NCBI GenBank assembly: GCA_965250285.1
Contig: OZ252299.1
Coordinates: 3,872,001 to 3,936,000 of the forward strand
Direction: 5' to 3'
DNA: 64,000 nt
Source of the DNA: Myxococcota bacterium
GTDB taxonomy: Bacteria; Myxococcota_A; UBA9160; UBA4427
Each line of letters opens with the position of its first letter. Position 1 is the stretch's first letter. This document shows positions 1 through 8,425 of the stretch, one piece after another. Made by a program: the position numbers and the translations under genes. The notes under the pieces are model-generated. The model was not told the DNA's origin, made no database searches, and was given only the letters and a program-made list of their open reading frames with translations.

Positions 1-1319
1 AAGAGCCCCGGGCCGCATCCCACGACGCGCGCGACGCGGCCGGCGCAACCGACCCGGCCACCCCTTCCCTCGCGCTCGCCCTGCTCTTCGCGCTGATCGG
101 CGGACTCGTGCTGAACCTCATGCCGTGCGTTCTGCCCGTGCTCGCGATCAAGGTCTTCGGTGTCGCCGAGATCGCCCACGCCGATCGCGCCACGTTGGTC
201 CGGCACGGTGTCGCCTACCTCGCCGGCGTCCTCGCTTCGATGGCCGCGCTGGCCGGCGTCGTCGTCGCGCTGCGCGCCGCCGGCACCTCGGTCGGGTGGG
301 GCTTCCAGTTCCAGGAGCCGGTCTTTCTCGCGGCGATCTGCACCCTGCTCGTCGTCTTCGCGATGAACCTCTTCGGCGTGTTCGAGGTGACCTGGCAGCC
401 TTCGGGGCCGGCCAGCGCGCCAGCGGTCGGGCCACCGACGACGCAGCGAAGCTTCTTCGAGGGCACCCTCGCCGTGGTCCTCGCCACGCCGTGTACGGCC
501 CCGTTTCTCGGTACGGCCGTCGGCTTCGCCTTCGCCGGCTCGACGACGGTGATCTTCGCGATCTTCCTCGCGATCGGCTTCGGTCTGGCTGCGCCGTATG
601 TGCTCATCACCTTCGTCCCGGGGCTCGCGCGATTCGTGCCGCGACCGGGCGCCTGGATGCTGCGCGTGCGCAGCGTGCTCGGCTTCACGCTCCTCGCCGC
701 GGCCGCATGGCTGCTCTGGGTCATGGGCCGGGCCGTCGGTGTCGATGGTCAGGGGCTGCTGCTCGCCTACCTCGTCGGGGTGGCCTTCCTCGTCTGGGTC
801 TTCGGCACGCTCCAGGCGGGACCACGCACCACCGCAGCCCGCGTCGCCGCTGCCTCGATCGCCGCCTTCGTCGTCGCGGCCCTCGCGTTGTTGCCGCTCG
901 ACCCCGCTCCGGTCGAAGCGGTCGAGGTCGCCGACGCGAGCGCAGGCGGCCCAGCAGGCACCTGGTCGCGCTGGGCGCCGACGGCCATCGATCGCGAGCG
1001 CGCGGCGGGGCGCCCGGTCTTCGTCGAGTTCACGGCCGACTGGTGCATCACGTGCAAGGTCAACGAGTCGGTGGTCCTGTCGACCGACGCCGTGCGTCAA
1101 GAGCTGACGCGACTCGACTTTGCCACGTTCAAGGCCGACTGGACGCTCCGCGACGAAGAGATCGGCCGAGCGCTCGCCGAATGGGGTCGTGCGGGTGTTC
1201 CGATGTACCTCGTCTATCCGGCCGACACCGCGCAGCGTCCGATGCTGCTGCCCGAGCTGCTCACCGTCGAGACCACCGTCGAGGCCCTGCGCGCCGCCGG
1301 ACAGGGCGAAGGGGTCTGA
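1..1319 (+). CDS. dsbD: Thiol:disulfide interchange protein DsbD/ScsB type (5'-truncated by window edge)
   Basis: Frame open from base 3. Membrane-domain Cys motifs LNLMPCVLPV and LATPCTAPFLG, multiple TM helices, and a C-terminal thioredoxin domain FTADWCITCKVNE...GVPMY. Confidence 0.92.
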   Translation, partial: EPRAASHDARDAAGATDPATPSLALALLFALIGGLVLNLMPCVLPVLAIKVFGVAEIAHADRATLVRHGVAYLAGVLASMAALAGVVVALRAAGTSVGWGFQFQEPVFLAAICTLLVVFAMNLFGVFEVTWQPSGPASAPAVGPPTTQRSFFEGTLAVVLATPCTAPFLGTAVGFAFAGSTTVIFAIFLAIGFGLAAPYVLITFVPGLARFVPRPGAWMLRVRSVLGFTLLAAAAWLLWVMGRAVGVDGQGLLLAYLVGVAFLVWVFGTLQAGPRTTAARVAAASIAAFVVAALALLPLDPAPVEAVEVADASAGGPAGTWSRWAPTAIDRERAAGRPVFVEFTADWCITCKVNESVVLSTDAVRQELTRLDFATFKADWTLRDEEIGRALAEWGRAGVPMYLVYPADTAQRPMLLPELLTVETTVEALRAAGQGEGV

Positions 1320-1334
1320 GCTTGCCCCGAACAG

Positions 1335-1374
1335 TGAGAGCTGTACTCTCACCTACTTGAGAGTCCAACTCTCA
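1335..1374. promoter_or_regulatory. Tandem palindromic operator, two copies of TGAGAG-N5-CTCTCA
   Basis: TGAGAGCTGTACTCTCA (1335-1351) and TGAGAGTCCAACTCTCA (1358-1374), intergenic upstream of the CDS at 1429. The same pair recurs at 8353-8394. Confidence 0.8.
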
Positions 1375-1428
1375 ATCATGGTCGGCACGCTGCGCAGCGG
1401 GTCGCCGGCCGACCGAGGAGGAATCGCG

Positions 1429-2190
1429 ATGAAATCGATGACGCTGGGGACGAAGCTCGGCTTCGGTGCGTTGGCCCTGGCCCTGATCTCGCTCGTCGCG
1501 TGGCAGTACCACATTCGCACGGTGGACATCCCCGAGAACCGGACGCTCTTCGTGATCGCGTTCGTGACCGCCGTCGCGCTCGGCATCGCCGCTTTCGTGA
1601 AGGGCGCGGGCTGGGCGGGGCGAATCGCGGCGGTGTTCGCGATCTTCATCGGGACGCTCTTGCCGTTCACGATCTCGGTCAGTCGACAGGATCTCGCGCC
1701 CGGCGCGATCTCGGTGGGCGACACCCTGCCGGCCTTCGCATCGGTCGACGACCGAGGCGAGCCCTTCGACTCGGAGCGCTTGAGAGGCCACCCCGTCCTC
1801 ATCAAGTTCTTTCGAGCCCACTGGTGACCCTACTGTGTCGCCGAGTTACGGCGATGGGAAGAGTTGAGGCCCGAGTTCGATCGGCGCGACGTGCAGGTTC
1901 TGACCGTCAGCACCGACCACCCGGAAGAGATTCGTGAAGGCCGAACGCGTCATGGCTTGCAGGCCATCATGCTCTCCGACCCCGAACTCGTGGTGACCGA
2001 TGCATTCGGGCTGCGCAATACGGGCTTCCACTCGGCGCCGCCGAGCGACGACACCGAGGCGTTGCCCGTACCGGCTTCGATTCTCGTCGATGCCGACGGC
2101 ACCGTACTGTGGATGGACATCGCCGAGAACTACCAACGGCGATCGCCCCCCTCGGTCGTCCTCGCGGCACTGCAGCGGTACCTCGACTGA
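1429..2190 (+). CDS. Membrane-anchored peroxiredoxin-like (AhpC/TSA, thioredoxin-fold) selenoprotein, UxxC motif, 253 aa, Sec at codon 133
   Basis: GAGGAGG RBS and ATG at 1429. ORFs 1120..1827 and 1864..2190 share a frame. Reading through TGA 1825-1827 gives IKFFRAHW-U-PYCVAELRRW, matching the family motif FyRgxWCPYC. C-terminal LPVPASILVDADG...YQRR is typical. Three N-terminal TM helices. Confidence 0.9.
1837..1855 (+). promoter_or_regulatory. Candidate bacterial SECIS hairpin
   Basis: Stem GTCGCCG/CGGCGAT with loop AGTTA. There are 16 nt between the UGA and the apical loop, and the loop has G at position 2 followed by U. CCC(1828-30)/GGG(1856-58) can form a lower stem. Confidence 0.75.
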
Positions 2191-2250
2191 AGACAGGCGC
2201 GGACGAACACTGACACCGGCGTCTTCCATAGAGCCCCCAGGAGCCCCCCC

Positions 2251-3108
2251 ATGAAGATCGGACTGATCCCCATCAACGTCACCGTCGCCAGCGTCGACGC
2301 CATGGTCGCGCTCGCGCAGAAGGCCGAATCGATCGGCCTCGAGTCGGTCTGGACGTTCGAGCACGCCATCGTGCCCACCGACTACAGCTCGAAGTACCCC
2401 TACAGCGCGGACGGCAAGATGGGGGTCACGCCCGAGACGAACTTCGTCGATCCACTCATCGCGCTGTCGGTCGTCGCCCAGGCCACCGAGACGCTCCGCC
2501 TCGGTACCGGGGTCAACATCCTCCCGCAGACGAACCCGCTGATGCTCGCCAAGCAGGCGGCCAGCCTCGACTTCGTGTCGAAGGGTCGCTTCATGCTCGG
2601 CGTCGGCATCGGTTGGTTGAAAGAAGAGTTCGAAGCCATGGGGACGCCCTTCGAGAAGCGCGGCGCCCGCTTCGACGAGTACATCGAGGCGATGCGCAAG
2701 ATCTGGTCGGGCGACACGGTCGAGCACCAGAGCGAGCACCTCAACTGGACCGGCTTCAAGAGCCATCCGCTGCCGATCCAGAGCCCCTTCCCGGTCGTGA
2801 TCGGCGGTTCGAAGGGCAAGGTCTTCGAGCGCACGGCGCGCTTCGGCAACGGCTGGTTCGCACCGACGGTCAGCGCCGACCAGCTGAAGCCGATGCTCGC
2901 GCCGCTGAGCGAAGCGTGCGCGGCTGTGGGACGCGACCCGAGCGAGATCGAGATCTCGGCGATGTGGGTGCCGGCCATGGGGCTCGACAGCCTGCGCCAA
3001 TACGAAGACCTCGGCGTCTCGCGCCTGATCGTGCCGGGCCAGACGCTCGGCGGCGATCCCATGGCCGGGCTCGACGGCCTCGCCGACGACGTGCTCGCCA
3101 AGCTCTGA
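2251..3108 (+). CDS. LLM-class (luciferase-like, probably F420- or FMN-dependent) oxidoreductase
   Basis: ESVWTFEH, DPLIALS, LGTGVNILP, LAKQAASLD, GRFMLGVGIGWLKEEF; AGGAG RBS. Confidence 0.9.
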   Translation: MKIGLIPINVTVASVDAMVALAQKAESIGLESVWTFEHAIVPTDYSSKYPYSADGKMGVTPETNFVDPLIALSVVAQATETLRLGTGVNILPQTNPLMLAKQAASLDFVSKGRFMLGVGIGWLKEEFEAMGTPFEKRGARFDEYIEAMRKIWSGDTVEHQSEHLNWTGFKSHPLPIQSPFPVVIGGSKGKVFERTARFGNGWFAPTVSADQLKPMLAPLSEACAAVGRDPSEIEISAMWVPAMGLDSLRQYEDLGVSRLIVPGQTLGGDPMAGLDGLADDVLAKL

Positions 3109-3208
3109 AACACGAGCACGCGCGCCGAGGAGCACCGTCAGAATCGCGGCGGCCGGCGCGGCGACACTCGCTGCGACTCGCCGCGGCTGAACGCAGTCGA
3201 GGGAAGCC

Positions 3209-5440
3209 ATGATCAAGAAGGCTCTGCTGGTCGTCGCCGTTCTGCTGCTGGCGTTCGCAGCGTGGCTCTACGCCGGCGCGAACGGATGGCTCGGTGAGAT
3301 CGAAGCGCCCGGTGAGATCCACGCCGGCGCCCGCCCCGCTGACACGGTGGCCGCGTACGCCGATGCGCAGACCGAGACGGCGCGCCTGCTCGGTGCGCCG
3401 CCCGACAAGCAGATCCTCTTCGGCGACTTCCACGTCCACACGACGTTCAGCTTCGACGCGTTCTTGATGAATCTGCCGCTGGTGGGTGGGGCGGGCACCC
3501 ATCCTCCGGCCGATGCGTGCGACTTCGCGCGGTTCTGCTCGGCGCTCGACTTCTGGTCGATCAACGACCACGCCGAGAATCTGACCGCTGAGCTCTGGGA
3601 TCGCACGGTCGATTCGGTCCGCGAGTGCAACGCGGTCGCGGGTGATCCGGCGAACCCCGACCTGGTCACGTACCTCGGCTGGGAGTGGAGCCACATCGGC
3701 GACCGGCCCGAGAACCACTACGGACACAAGAACGTCGTGCTGCGCGGCCTGGCGGACGACGAGATCCCGACGCGGCCGATCGCTTCGCGCGGCCCCGCAA
3801 CGCGTTCGGGGCTGAACGTGCCTTTCGCGGCCCGCGCTGCGCTCGCCACGGCGGGTGGTCAGCGTGGCCGCGACTTCGTGAAGCTGATCGGCGAGGTCAG
3901 CGACGCCGACCGGTGTCCCGAGGGCGTGCCGGTGCGCGAGCTGCCCGACGACTGCCTCGAGTCGACGGCGACCCCCGAGGCGCTCTTCGCGAAGCTCGAT
4001 GACTGGGGCTTCGACTCGATCGTGATCCCGCACGGCACGTCGTGGGGCCTCTACACGCCCGCGGGCTCCGATTGGCGCAAGCAGCTGAAGGGACACGACC
4101 CGGCGCGGCAGACCCTCGTCGAGCTCTACTCGGGCCACGGCAACTCGGAGCAGCTGCCGAGCTGGCGACCCGTCGACATGGCGGCGGACGGCTCGCTCAC
4201 GTGCCCGGCGCCGAGCGACGGCTACCTGCCGAGCTGCTGGCGCGCCGGTGAGCTGATCGAAGCGCGCTGCAAAGAGCTGGGTGAGAGCGACGCCGAGTGC
4301 GCCCGCCGCGCCGCCGACGCCCGCGCCAACTACGTCGCCGCGTTCCAGGCCGGCTGGAAGACCCTGCCCGGCTACGAGCCGAATGACTGGGTCGACGCGG
4401 GCCAGGCGCCGCAGAGCATGTTCCAACCCGCCTTCAACTATCGGCCCCGGGGCTCGGCGCAGTACATGCTGGCGATCCGCGACTTCAGCGACCCGGCCAA
4501 GCCCAAGGGCTTCGACTTCGGGTTCATCGGCTCGAGCGACACCCACACGGCACGCGGCGGCACTGGCTACAAGGAGCAGTACCGCGGCGAGATGACCGAC
4601 GGGCGGGGCAGGCAGGGCGACGCACAGACCGACGGCGGCGGCCTGTTCGGTTCGAGCAACGACGCCGACGCCCCGGTCGACGCGTCGGTGCCGTTCGTCA
4701 GCAGCGGCGAGAGCCCGCTGCAGCTCTTCGAGATCGAGCGCGGCTCGGCCTACTTCGTGACCGGCGGCCTGGTGGCCGTCCATTCCCCTGGCCGCGATCG
4801 CGACTCGATCTGGAACGCGCTGCAGAAGAAGGAGGTGTACGCGACGAGCGGTCGGCGCACGCTCCTCTGGTTCGACCTGATCGACGGCGGCGCAGCGATG
4901 CCCATGGGCTCGACGACGAGCCGCAGCGACAACCCGCGCTTTCGCGTGCGCGCGATGGGCTCGTTCGAGCAAGCACCGGGCTGCCCCGATCACGTCGTCG
5001 ATGCCCTCGGCGCGGATCGGGTCGATCACGTCTGCATGGGCGAGTGCTACAACCCGAGCACCGAGCGACGCCCAATCACCCGCATCGAGGTCGTGCGCAT
5101 CCGACCCCAGATCGCCGAAGACGAACCGGTCGACGGGCTCGTCGAAGATCCGTGGCGGGTGCTGCCCTGCCCGGCCGACGGATCGGGCTGCGTGGTCGAG
5201 TTCGCCGACGCCGAGTTCGCGGGCTCGAGCCGCGACGCCGTGTACTACGCGCGCGCGATCGAGGCGCCGGACGAGCTGATCCACGGCCGCGACCAGCTCG
5301 GCTGCGAGTACGATGCCGAGGGACGATGCATCGCGATCACCCCGTGCGGCGCGAACACGCCCGTCGCAGACGATTGCCTGGGCGTCGCCGAGCCCCGCGC
5401 GTGGTCGTCGCCGATCTTCGTCCACCACGCGGGTTCGTAA
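3209..5440 (+). CDS. DUF3604-family secreted PHP-like metallohydrolase
   Basis: N-terminal signal/anchor. GDFHVHT, NDHAE, GWEWS, IPHG, SSDTH, GGLVAV, EVYATSG, and C-terminal EPRAWSSPI. Confidence 0.85.
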   Translation: MIKKALLVVAVLLLAFAAWLYAGANGWLGEIEAPGEIHAGARPADTVAAYADAQTETARLLGAPPDKQILFGDFHVHTTFSFDAFLMNLPLVGGAGTHPPADACDFARFCSALDFWSINDHAENLTAELWDRTVDSVRECNAVAGDPANPDLVTYLGWEWSHIGDRPENHYGHKNVVLRGLADDEIPTRPIASRGPATRSGLNVPFAARAALATAGGQRGRDFVKLIGEVSDADRCPEGVPVRELPDDCLESTATPEALFAKLDDWGFDSIVIPHGTSWGLYTPAGSDWRKQLKGHDPARQTLVELYSGHGNSEQLPSWRPVDMAADGSLTCPAPSDGYLPSCWRAGELIEARCKELGESDAECARRAADARANYVAAFQAGWKTLPGYEPNDWVDAGQAPQSMFQPAFNYRPRGSAQYMLAIRDFSDPAKPKGFDFGFIGSSDTHTARGGTGYKEQYRGEMTDGRGRQGDAQTDGGGLFGSSNDADAPVDASVPFVSSGESPLQLFEIERGSAYFVTGGLVAVHSPGRDRDSIWNALQKKEVYATSGRRTLLWFDLIDGGAAMPMGSTTSRSDNPRFRVRAMGSFEQAPGCPDHVVDALGADRVDHVCMGECYNPSTERRPITRIEVVRIRPQIAEDEPVDGLVEDPWRVLPCPADGSGCVVEFADAEFAGSSRDAVYYARAIEAPDELIHGRDQLGCEYDAEGRCIAITPCGANTPVADDCLGVAEPRAWSSPIFVHHAGS

Positions 5441-5491
5441 AGCGCCGATCCACGTGAAGGCGTGCCGCCGGGATGGCGGACCACCAGCCGC

Positions 5492-7153
5492 TCAGTTCGA
5501 CCAGTAGATGTACTCGTCGTCGGGCGCGTCGGGCTGCGTCAGATCCTTGTCGATGTTGACCGGGAAAGACGCCTGACTCGCCCACGCCGGCTCGACCTGT
5601 TCGGCGTTGTGCGCCGCCAGCGCGGCGTGCAGCTCGGCCAGCTTGTCGGGTCGCTCCGCCGAGAGATCTCGCTGCTCGGTCGGGTCGTTCGTCAGATCGA
5701 AGAGCCAGCTTCGACCGGGCGGATCGCTGACGTTGAGCTTCCAGCCGCCGACGAGCGCCGACTGAGAGGCGCCGCTGCGCCAGAAGAGCGCCTCATGCGG
5801 CACGCCCTCGACCTCTCCCGTCGCGAAGGGCACCAGGTCGACGCCATCCATCGTGCGGTCGTTGGGCATCGATGCGCCGGCCGCAGCCGCCGCGGTCGCA
5901 TACATGTCGAAGTGGTGCACCGGTGCCTCGACGACCGTGCCGGGCTCGATGCGCGCCGGCCACTTCGCGAAGTACGGCACGTGAATGCCGCCCTCGAAGA
6001 GCGTGATCTTCCAGCCCCGGTAGGGGTCGTTCACGTCGGGGAGCCCGAGATACCCCGCACCGCCGTTGTCGGACGTGAACAGGACCAGCGTGTTGTCTTC
6101 GAGACCGTTTCGCCGGAGCGCCTCGAGCACCTGCCCCACGCCGCGGTCGAGACTGCGAATCATGGCCGCGTACACACGTTCGCGGTGGAGCTCGATGTGC
6201 GACAGAGCTTCGTAGTCTTCGCGGGTCGCCTGCAGCGGCGTGTGCGGCGCCCAGTGCGCCAGATAGAGAAAGAAGGGGCGATCCTTGTTCGCGTCGATCA
6301 CCTCGACCGCCTGCTGGGTGTAGTAGTCGGTCAGATACCCGTCGGGCTCGAAGGCCTCGCCGCCGTTGAACGATGCCGCGAACCCCATCGAGGCCCAAAG
6401 GAACCGGTCGATCGGGTCGAAATCCTGCTTCGAGTTCACGACGTCGGGATGGTCCTCGGGCAGATAGAGCCCGTTCGCCATGAGCAGGCTCTCTTCGAAG
6501 CCCTGATCTTCGGCGGCCATCCCGCCGCTGCGCCCGAGATGCCACTTGCCGATGTGCACCGTGTGATAGCCCTGATCCGCCAGCAGCTCGGCGATGGTGA
6601 CCTCAGAGGGCGGCATCCCCATCTGGGCGTACTCGACCGACTCGGCGCCGTCGTTCGGAATGGCCGGGCGCAGGCGGTTCGCGCGTTGGGGCATCAGGCC
6701 GACCAGCTGCATCATCCCGGGCGGTGTCGGCGTGAACTCGAAGCCGAAGCGGGTGCCATAGCGGCCCGACATCAGCGCGGCGCGCGACGGTGCGCATGTG
6801 CCATTCGCGGCGTAGCCGTTGGTGAACGTGGCGCCGTCGCTGGCAATCGAGTCGATGTGCGGCGTGGGAACGGTGCCTCCGGCAACCCCACCGCCGCCGA
6901 ACGTCAGATCGTTCCACCCCAGATCATCGGCGAGGATCAGCACGACGTTCGGCGGACGTTCGGCGGGCGCACGCCCCATCGGATCGGCACCGGTGGCCCA
7001 GACGATGTCCTGGTTCGGACCGATGGACTGACGCTGCTTCGCCATGAAGCCGATGAGGCCAAGGGCGATGTCGTCTGCGTTCATTGCCACCACCACGAGC
7101 AGCGCGAGGAGCCCCACGCTGACACCGCTGATCCACTTGGCTCGTCGACTCAT
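5492..7153 (-). CDS. Cys-type sulfatase (arylsulfatase family) with N-terminal anchor
   Basis: ATG at 7153 after AGGAG. PNVVLILADDLG, CAPSRAALMSG (CxPxR), GKWHLG, SDNGG. Confidence 0.92.
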   Translation of the reverse strand: MSRRAKWISGVSVGLLALLVVVAMNADDIALGLIGFMAKQRQSIGPNQDIVWATGADPMGRAPAERPPNVVLILADDLGWNDLTFGGGGVAGGTVPTPHIDSIASDGATFTNGYAANGTCAPSRAALMSGRYGTRFGFEFTPTPPGMMQLVGLMPQRANRLRPAIPNDGAESVEYAQMGMPPSEVTIAELLADQGYHTVHIGKWHLGRSGGMAAEDQGFEESLLMANGLYLPEDHPDVVNSKQDFDPIDRFLWASMGFAASFNGGEAFEPDGYLTDYYTQQAVEVIDANKDRPFFLYLAHWAPHTPLQATREDYEALSHIELHRERVYAAMIRSLDRGVGQVLEALRRNGLEDNTLVLFTSDNGGAGYLGLPDVNDPYRGWKITLFEGGIHVPYFAKWPARIEPGTVVEAPVHHFDMYATAAAAAGASMPNDRTMDGVDLVPFATGEVEGVPHEALFWRSGASQSALVGGWKLNVSDPPGRSWLFDLTNDPTEQRDLSAERPDKLAELHAALAAHNAEQVEPAWASQASFPVNIDKDLTQPDAPDDEYIYWSN

Positions 7154-7208
7154 CGTCTCTCCTTGCACGACCGGGCTCGCTCGCCCCATCGCCATCCGAC
7201 CCACAGAA

Positions 7209-8240
7209 TCAGTGGGCGGCGAACAGGGTCTCGCAGCCCGTGCCGTCGAGGGTGCGATCGACGACCGAACGGGCATCGTCGTCGAGGGCGGCGTAGCGTT
7301 CGCGCAGCCAGCGCAGGCACTTCGCCTGGTACACGAACGGATCCTGCACCCACGGCTGGCCATCGATCTCGCACTCGACGCGGAGCGCCCCCGACGAGAC
7401 CGCGGCGGCATTGCCGAGGAGGAAGGGGGCGTAGACGCGACCGATCTCACCGAGCAGCGCGCGAAGGGTCTCGGGCGGCTGGGTGAGGTCGACCCAGTCG
7501 TCCTCGCTCACGTCGAGGCCACTCACGTCTTCGAGGCGCTCGGTCCAGGCGTAGGCGCGGGGCGATACGTCGAGCGCGACGGCGGCAGGCGTCGGATCGG
7601 TGATCACCAGCATCGTCATCTGGCCGTAGCACGCGAAGTCGCCCGCACCGGGCCGCTCGCCGAGCAGATACGGGGTGCTCTGCATGTGAGCGTCGAAGAG
7701 CTCGAGAAAGCGGCGCCAGCTGGCCTCGATGATCGGCGCGGTCACGTCGTTCGACCCGACGACGCCGATGCGCGAGATCTGGCGCTCGGCGATCATCTTC
7801 TCGAACTGATCGCCCTGCTCGCGCGTCATCTGAATCGCCTGGCCGTAGGGCATGTACGCGCTGGCCTTCTTCGTATCGGGTGCGTAGGCCCAGCGGTAGT
7901 GGAACATGCACTTGCTGAGCCACTCGTCGGCGTAGTCTTCGATCAACGCGTCGATGAACGCGAGCGCCGGGTTCGTCGGGCGCAGCCGGCGAGCGCTCGA
8001 GAGCTCATCGAGCCGGTCGAAGATCGGCGTGGTGTCCGACATCGCTTCACCCGGCTCGCCATCCGCCCCGGGCAGCACCAGCCAAGGCAGCAGCGGCAGC
8101 GGACGGTCGGGCAGCGCCGCAGCCTCCTTGCTGCCGACCACGACGAAGCGAAACGGGAGCCGTCGAAAGCGCAACGCCGCGCGCAGCTTGCGCGTGTACG
8201 GCGAGGCGCCGACGCCGACCAGCCGCAGGTCGCCGTTCAC
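7209..8240 (-). CDS. Glutathione S-transferase family protein
   Basis: N-terminal GASPYTRKLRAALRF, SDTTPI, IEDYADEW, YLLGERPGAGDF. Confidence 0.85.
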   Translation of the reverse strand: MNGDLRLVGVGASPYTRKLRAALRFRRLPFRFVVVGSKEAAALPDRPLPLLPWLVLPGADGEPGEAMSDTTPIFDRLDELSSARRLRPTNPALAFIDALIEDYADEWLSKCMFHYRWAYAPDTKKASAYMPYGQAIQMTREQGDQFEKMIAERQISRIGVVGSNDVTAPIIEASWRRFLELFDAHMQSTPYLLGERPGAGDFACYGQMTMLVITDPTPAAVALDVSPRAYAWTERLEDVSGLDVSEDDWVDLTQPPETLRALLGEIGRVYAPFLLGNAAAVSSGALRVECEIDGQPWVQDPFVYQAKCLRWLRERYAALDDDARSVVDRTLDGTGCETLFAAH

Positions 8241-8335
8241 GCGTCGACCTCGCCGCCGTCCGGCTCGGGCGCGCGACCTTCGAGCAGGCGATGAGGCTCA
8301 ATGCCGACTCGTGCGGCAGGAAGGTGATCGTGCAT
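8237..8335 (-). CDS. Putative 32-aa leader/small ORF (MHDHLPAARVGIEPHRLLEGRAPEPDGGEVDA)
   Basis: GGAG about 9 nt upstream of ATG 8335. Its TGA overlaps the GTG start of the GST gene (GTGA coupling). Confidence 0.35.
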   Translation of the reverse strand: MHDHLPAARVGIEPHRLLEGRAPEPDGGEVDA

Positions 8336-8352
8336 GGCGGGACGCTCCGAGG

Positions 8353-8394
8353 TGAGAGTTCGACTCTCAATCCCGGATGAGAGTCCCACTCTCA
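8353..8394. promoter_or_regulatory. Tandem palindromic operator, two copies of TGAGAGT-N3-ACTCTCA
   Basis: TGAGAGTTCGACTCTCA (8353-8369) and TGAGAGTCCCACTCTCA (8378-8394), upstream of the GST/sulfatase genes on the minus strand. Confidence 0.8.
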
Positions 8395-8425
8395 CCGAGC
8401 GCCGTCAAGGGGGTCCCGGGCGACC

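Noticed and set aside
1335..1374. Fur box interpretation of the TGAGAG...CTCTCA palindromes
   Set aside because: Fur sites are 7-1-7 (TGAnAAT-N-ATTnTCA). These are 7-3-7 with GAGT/ACTC cores, so both spacing and core differ.
1120..2190. Two separate ORFs (1120..1827, 1864..2190) or a nonsense pseudogene
   Set aside because: Same frame, the stop sits at the catalytic Cys column, and a SECIS-like hairpin follows. One recoded gene explains the data better.
2870..7486. Long antisense/alternate-frame ORFs (e.g. 2870..5428 -, 5462..7486 +; likewise 45581..48529 - and 21260..23062 -)
   Set aside because: They shadow well-supported genes, have Arg/Ala-rich motif-less translations, and are expected from stop-codon scarcity at high GC.
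8353..8394. CRISPR or terminator reading of the paired palindromes
   Set aside because: Only two units per locus, 6-8 nt apart, with no spacers, no cas genes and no U-tract.
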